In this document: in pieces, positions 60,737 through 64,000 of the stretch
Position numbering within the stretch: the stretch's first letter is position 1
Layout: every line of letters begins with the position of its first letter
DNA from: Salinispira sp.
GTDB taxonomy: Bacteria; Spirochaetota; Spirochaetia; DSM-27196; Salinispiraceae
Direction of reading: 5' to 3'
DNA length: 64,000 nt
Assembly: GCA_965226555.1 (NCBI GenBank)
Contig: CBDDDG010000014.1
Location: 192,001 to 256,000 of the forward strand
The notes under the pieces: generated by a model
Database searches by the model: none
Seen by the model: the letters and a program-made list of their open reading frames with translations, nothing else
What the model was told of the DNA's origin: nothing
Program-made: the position numbers and the translations under genes

Positions 60737-62323
60737 ATGAAAACTTTGAACGAAGGAGAAAACAGGAAACGCTCTCTACGGAAGTGTTTCGTATTATATG
60801 CGCTCATGGGGTTTTTTATCGCAGGGCTACTTCTCACAACCTGCGATATGTATGACGCCAACGGCTTTAATGACGCCGGCATTCATCAGGAGACCGGCAC
60901 GAAATACAACCCCGAAGGCTATGACAAAGCCGGCTACGACTCGAATGGTTATAACAAAGACGGCTACGACTCGAATGGCTATAATAAAGATGGCTACAAT
61001 GCGAATGGCTATGACGAAGCCGGGTACGATGCGAATGGCTATAACAAAGACGGCTACAATGCGAATGGCTATAACAAAGACGGCTACAATGCGAATGGCT
61101 ATAACAAAGACGGCTACAATGCGAATGGCTATAACAAAGATGGCTACAATGCGAATGGCTATAACAAAGACGGCTACAATGCGAATGGCTATAACAAAGA
61201 CGGCTACAATGCGAATGGCTATAACAAAGATGGCTACAATGCGAATGGCTTTAACAAAGATGGCTACAATGCCTACGGCTTTAACACTGCAGGCATTCAC
61301 CGCGACACCGGCACGAAATACAACCCCGAAGGCTATGACACAGCCGGCTACAACTCGGATGGCTTTAACGCCTCCGGCATGCACCGCGACACCGACACCC
61401 TTTTCGACCCGCAGGGCTTTAACGCCGCAGGCAATCACCGCGACACCAACACCCCTTTTGACCCACAGGGCTTTAACAAATACGGATACGATGGGGTAGC
61501 ATACACCAAGGGCCGCGGCTATGAAATCTATGACTGGGCTCGCATCAGCATTGGGCATCATAAAAACGATTTCACCACGCTTGCCGCCGCCCAAAACACG
61601 AACCCCATTGGCATCTGGTCGGACGGAACAACAATGTGGGTGGCAGACGATACCGACAACAAAATTTACGCCTACAACATGGCGAGCAAAGCCCACGACC
61701 CCAGTAAAGATTTTAACACCCTTCATGCCGCCGAAAACCGCACCCCTTACGGCCTCTGGTCGGACGGAACAACAATGTGGGTGACCGACTATGACAAGAA
61801 CAAACTCTACGCCTACAAAATGACACCCGAATCGGAGTTCGGAACGCGGGACGCGTCAAAAGATTTCGACACGCTCAATGACGCCGGAAACAAGGAACCT
61901 TCAGGCCTCTGGTCGGATGGAACAACAATGTGGGTGGCAGATGATGTGCAAGACAAAATTTACGCCTATAACATAAACAGCAAAGCCCACGACCCCAGTA
62001 AAGATTTTAACACCCTTCATGCCGCCGAGAATCGTACCCCCTACGGACTCTGGTCGGACGGAACAACAATGTGGGTTGTGGATGAAGATCAGTACAAAAT
62101 CTATGCCTATAACATAATCAGCAAAGCCCGCGATCCCGATAAGGATTTCAGCCTGCTTTCTACTACCCTGAATCTCCACCCCGAAGGCATCTGGTCAGAC
62201 GGAACAACAATGTGGGTGTCGGACTGGTGGGACTACACAATTTATGCCTACGACATGGACACCCGCGTCCGTCCCTCATGGTGCCGACTAACGCAAGGCG
62301 CTGGTACGGGCTGCGCGGACTGA
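60737..62323 (+). CDS. Repeat-rich lipoprotein (30-bp YNANGYNKDG array plus five WSDGTTMWV repeats)
   Basis: AGGAG SD; lipobox-like LTTC; paralogue of 16917-18131. Confidence 0.8.
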   Translation: MKTLNEGENRKRSLRKCFVLYALMGFFIAGLLLTTCDMYDANGFNDAGIHQETGTKYNPEGYDKAGYDSNGYNKDGYDSNGYNKDGYNANGYDEAGYDANGYNKDGYNANGYNKDGYNANGYNKDGYNANGYNKDGYNANGYNKDGYNANGYNKDGYNANGYNKDGYNANGFNKDGYNAYGFNTAGIHRDTGTKYNPEGYDTAGYNSDGFNASGMHRDTDTLFDPQGFNAAGNHRDTNTPFDPQGFNKYGYDGVAYTKGRGYEIYDWARISIGHHKNDFTTLAAAQNTNPIGIWSDGTTMWVADDTDNKIYAYNMASKAHDPSKDFNTLHAAENRTPYGLWSDGTTMWVTDYDKNKLYAYKMTPESEFGTRDASKDFDTLNDAGNKEPSGLWSDGTTMWVADDVQDKIYAYNINSKAHDPSKDFNTLHAAENRTPYGLWSDGTTMWVVDEDQYKIYAYNIISKARDPDKDFSLLSTTLNLHPEGIWSDGTTMWVSDWWDYTIYAYDMDTRVRPSWCRLTQGAGTGCAD

Positions 62324-62441
62324 GCTGACCCCGTCATTGTCCTATCCCGCATTTCTCACGAACTGATGTTTGCAGAGAAATGCGGGTTAAATGGTAAGCG
62401 TGAAATTTTTTGCTTTCTATGCAAAAGTTTCCGTTAGTACT

Positions 62442-62718
62442 CAGAACTTCCCCAACAAATTTTTTGACGGGGTTTTGACAGAATAATGGAGGGAGATTTT
62501 GCCCTTGAGCAGTAAGTATGTGGCGGGAATACCGGGCGCATAGACCACCCCCCACCGCAGGTGCGCAGCTTCCCGCGCAGCAGGCAGCGTGAGCTCAACA
62601 TCACTCGTAATTACCCAGAACGTCTCCTTCCCTTCAGTGACCCGCAGCACCAACACCGGCACACCATGCCATTCGTCAGGCACTGCCTCAATCTGGTAAC
62701 TCGTTGATCGTCGATAAT
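62442..62718 (-). mobile_element. Internally deleted fragment of the IS at 55252-56717
   Basis: Starts with TIR CAGAACTTCCCCAACAA; jumps from about 55362 to about 55719 at CC(G/A)CCGCAG microhomology. Confidence 0.85.
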
Positions 62719-62789
62719 AGGCAATATCCTCTCACTTATCCATATCCAACTGATTATACTGTCTGTGCACCACCTTTTTGTCCTCCTCG

Positions 62790-63317
62790 TAGTGGTCTTT
62801 CCATGCGAACTATAAAATGTGAGTGGGAGGTTCCATTCCTTTTTTCCATGGTAAAGCAGAAGTATATAGATAGCATCATTTCCATTGTACACATTGCTGT
62901 TTCTGAGGGCATATTACAGAAACTTTTGCTACTGGAAATTGTGCTCTGCACAATTTTCCAATGCAAAAGTTTCAAATTCGGAATGCTTTCTTTGTGCTTA
63001 GCATTCTCCTATTTCATAGAAAGTTTTGCCTGTGGCAAAACTTTGTGATAATTATCGATCTGTGTGAGAACGTGTTTGTGCAGGTAGCTTTTGTGTTCAG
63101 TAATAAAAAGAGCCTTCCGATCGGGGTCTGACAGGAAGGGGGCACTGACAACGAGATCGCAGTGAAGGTTCTTTTTTCCTGCAATGTAGCTGGGGGGTTC
63201 AATGCGGATTTTGTCCATGTCCAGCTTGGTAAGCGTTGTATCCTCACAGAACAGCCGCAGCAGGTCGGGAATCAGCCGGGGGGTTCTGTAGTAGGCGATC
63301 TTGAAGGCTATGTCTTT
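62790..63317 (-). pseudogene. Rpn fragment (8031-type) with a hairpin-repeat insertion at about 62916-63046
   Basis: Colinear with about 8660-9045; insertion splits GGGCATATT|GATAATT. Confidence 0.85.
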
Positions 63318-63805
63318 GAAAGAACGTTGTGTTTTTTTTCAGGGATAGGGGAAGGAGGGATGAGTGGGCAGGAATGGGGTGAGCGTATGGTTGAATTCGC
63401 CCTGTATTATAGGGTGTATTGACGCACGCTCCCGGGAACAATGCTCCGCGCGAGGTCCTTGTTGAAGTATGAGTATATGAAGTCCCGGAATATCCGGGGA
63501 TTTTCAAAAGCATATTTCCAGCGTGTACCATGCCGATATATTTTTTGCTCATACTATATAGACGGGTTACATATGAATGGTGAATATGAGAAAGTTTTTG
63601 AAAAAAGTTTCTATTATTTTGGGATATTACTGTTTGATCAGCCCGGACGCATGGCGAGCCGGATGCCCGGGCGAGCAGCGCTGAAGCGCGACCAGCCTAG
63701 GATGCGCAGCTTCCGACCAGCAAATAGTTTTTTTGCCTCATTCTTGGTTATCTTACCAGAAAATATCTTTATTATCCACTATGAGCGCAGGCCGAGCAAC
63801 ACCAA

Positions 63806-64000
63806 TTAATGCGATCCGTTCCGCAATGTCCGCATTTCCTCATCGCTCAGCCCGGTAATCCTCTGAACAGCCTCTGTCGACAAGCCTTCCAAAAACATAC
63901 TGCGGGCCGTTTCTCGAATGCCTTCTTCACGACCTTCCTGTCGTCCTGTCTGAAGTCCTTCTTCACGGCCTTCCTGCCGACCCATTTCTGCAATGCGCGC
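63806..64000 (-). CDS. Rpn-family gene 3' end (52513-type), running off the window
   Basis: ARIAEMGRQEGREEGLQTG...ARSMFLEGLSTEAVQRITGLSDEEMRTLRNGSH*. Confidence 0.85.
   Translation of the reverse strand, partial: ARIAEMGRQEGREEGLQTGRQEGREEGIRETARSMFLEGLSTEAVQRITGLSDEEMRTLRNGSH

Overview
This is a bacterial chromosome segment of about 50% GC with AT-richer accessory blocks. It is most consistent with a spirochaete, probably host-associated; this is an inference from the PcnB/HrpA types and the FN3, DUF285 and repeat lipoproteins. Housekeeping genes are amino-acid ABC/APC transporters, ackA, hrpA, nagB, nagA, hisS, pabC, pabB, pcnB, leuC, leuD, a YpdA-like reductase and an Fe3+ ABC transporter. 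Five kinds of accessory content lie between them. (1) An expanded, mosaic family of Rpn/YhgA PD-(D/E)XK genes: at least six loci plus fragments share one C-terminus, and four show an internal SD+ATG of the RpnS antitoxin type. (2) A dispersed AT-rich hairpin repeat family, including a 52-bp palindrome flanked by 7-bp duplications, that clusters at and inserts into the Rpn loci. (3) A 15.6-kb type I R-M operon with two HsdM subunits (NPPF and NPPY). It carries nested defence cargo: orphan DarG with a DarT stump, an Mrr-like fragment, PtuA-PtuB-PtuA', a CmdTAC-like ART/antitoxin/SecB trio and an AlbA/Schlafen-domain protein. (4) A type II R-M pair whose endonuclease is inactivated by IS982. (5) Two further IS elements, a 120-bp MITE and repeat-rich surface lipoproteins. 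Recurrent themes are loss of toxic halves with retention of protective halves, short tandem duplications inside core genes, and microhomology-type deletions. No rRNA, tRNA, CRISPR array or reverse transcriptase was recognised. All family assignments come from motif recognition by eye, not from database searches.
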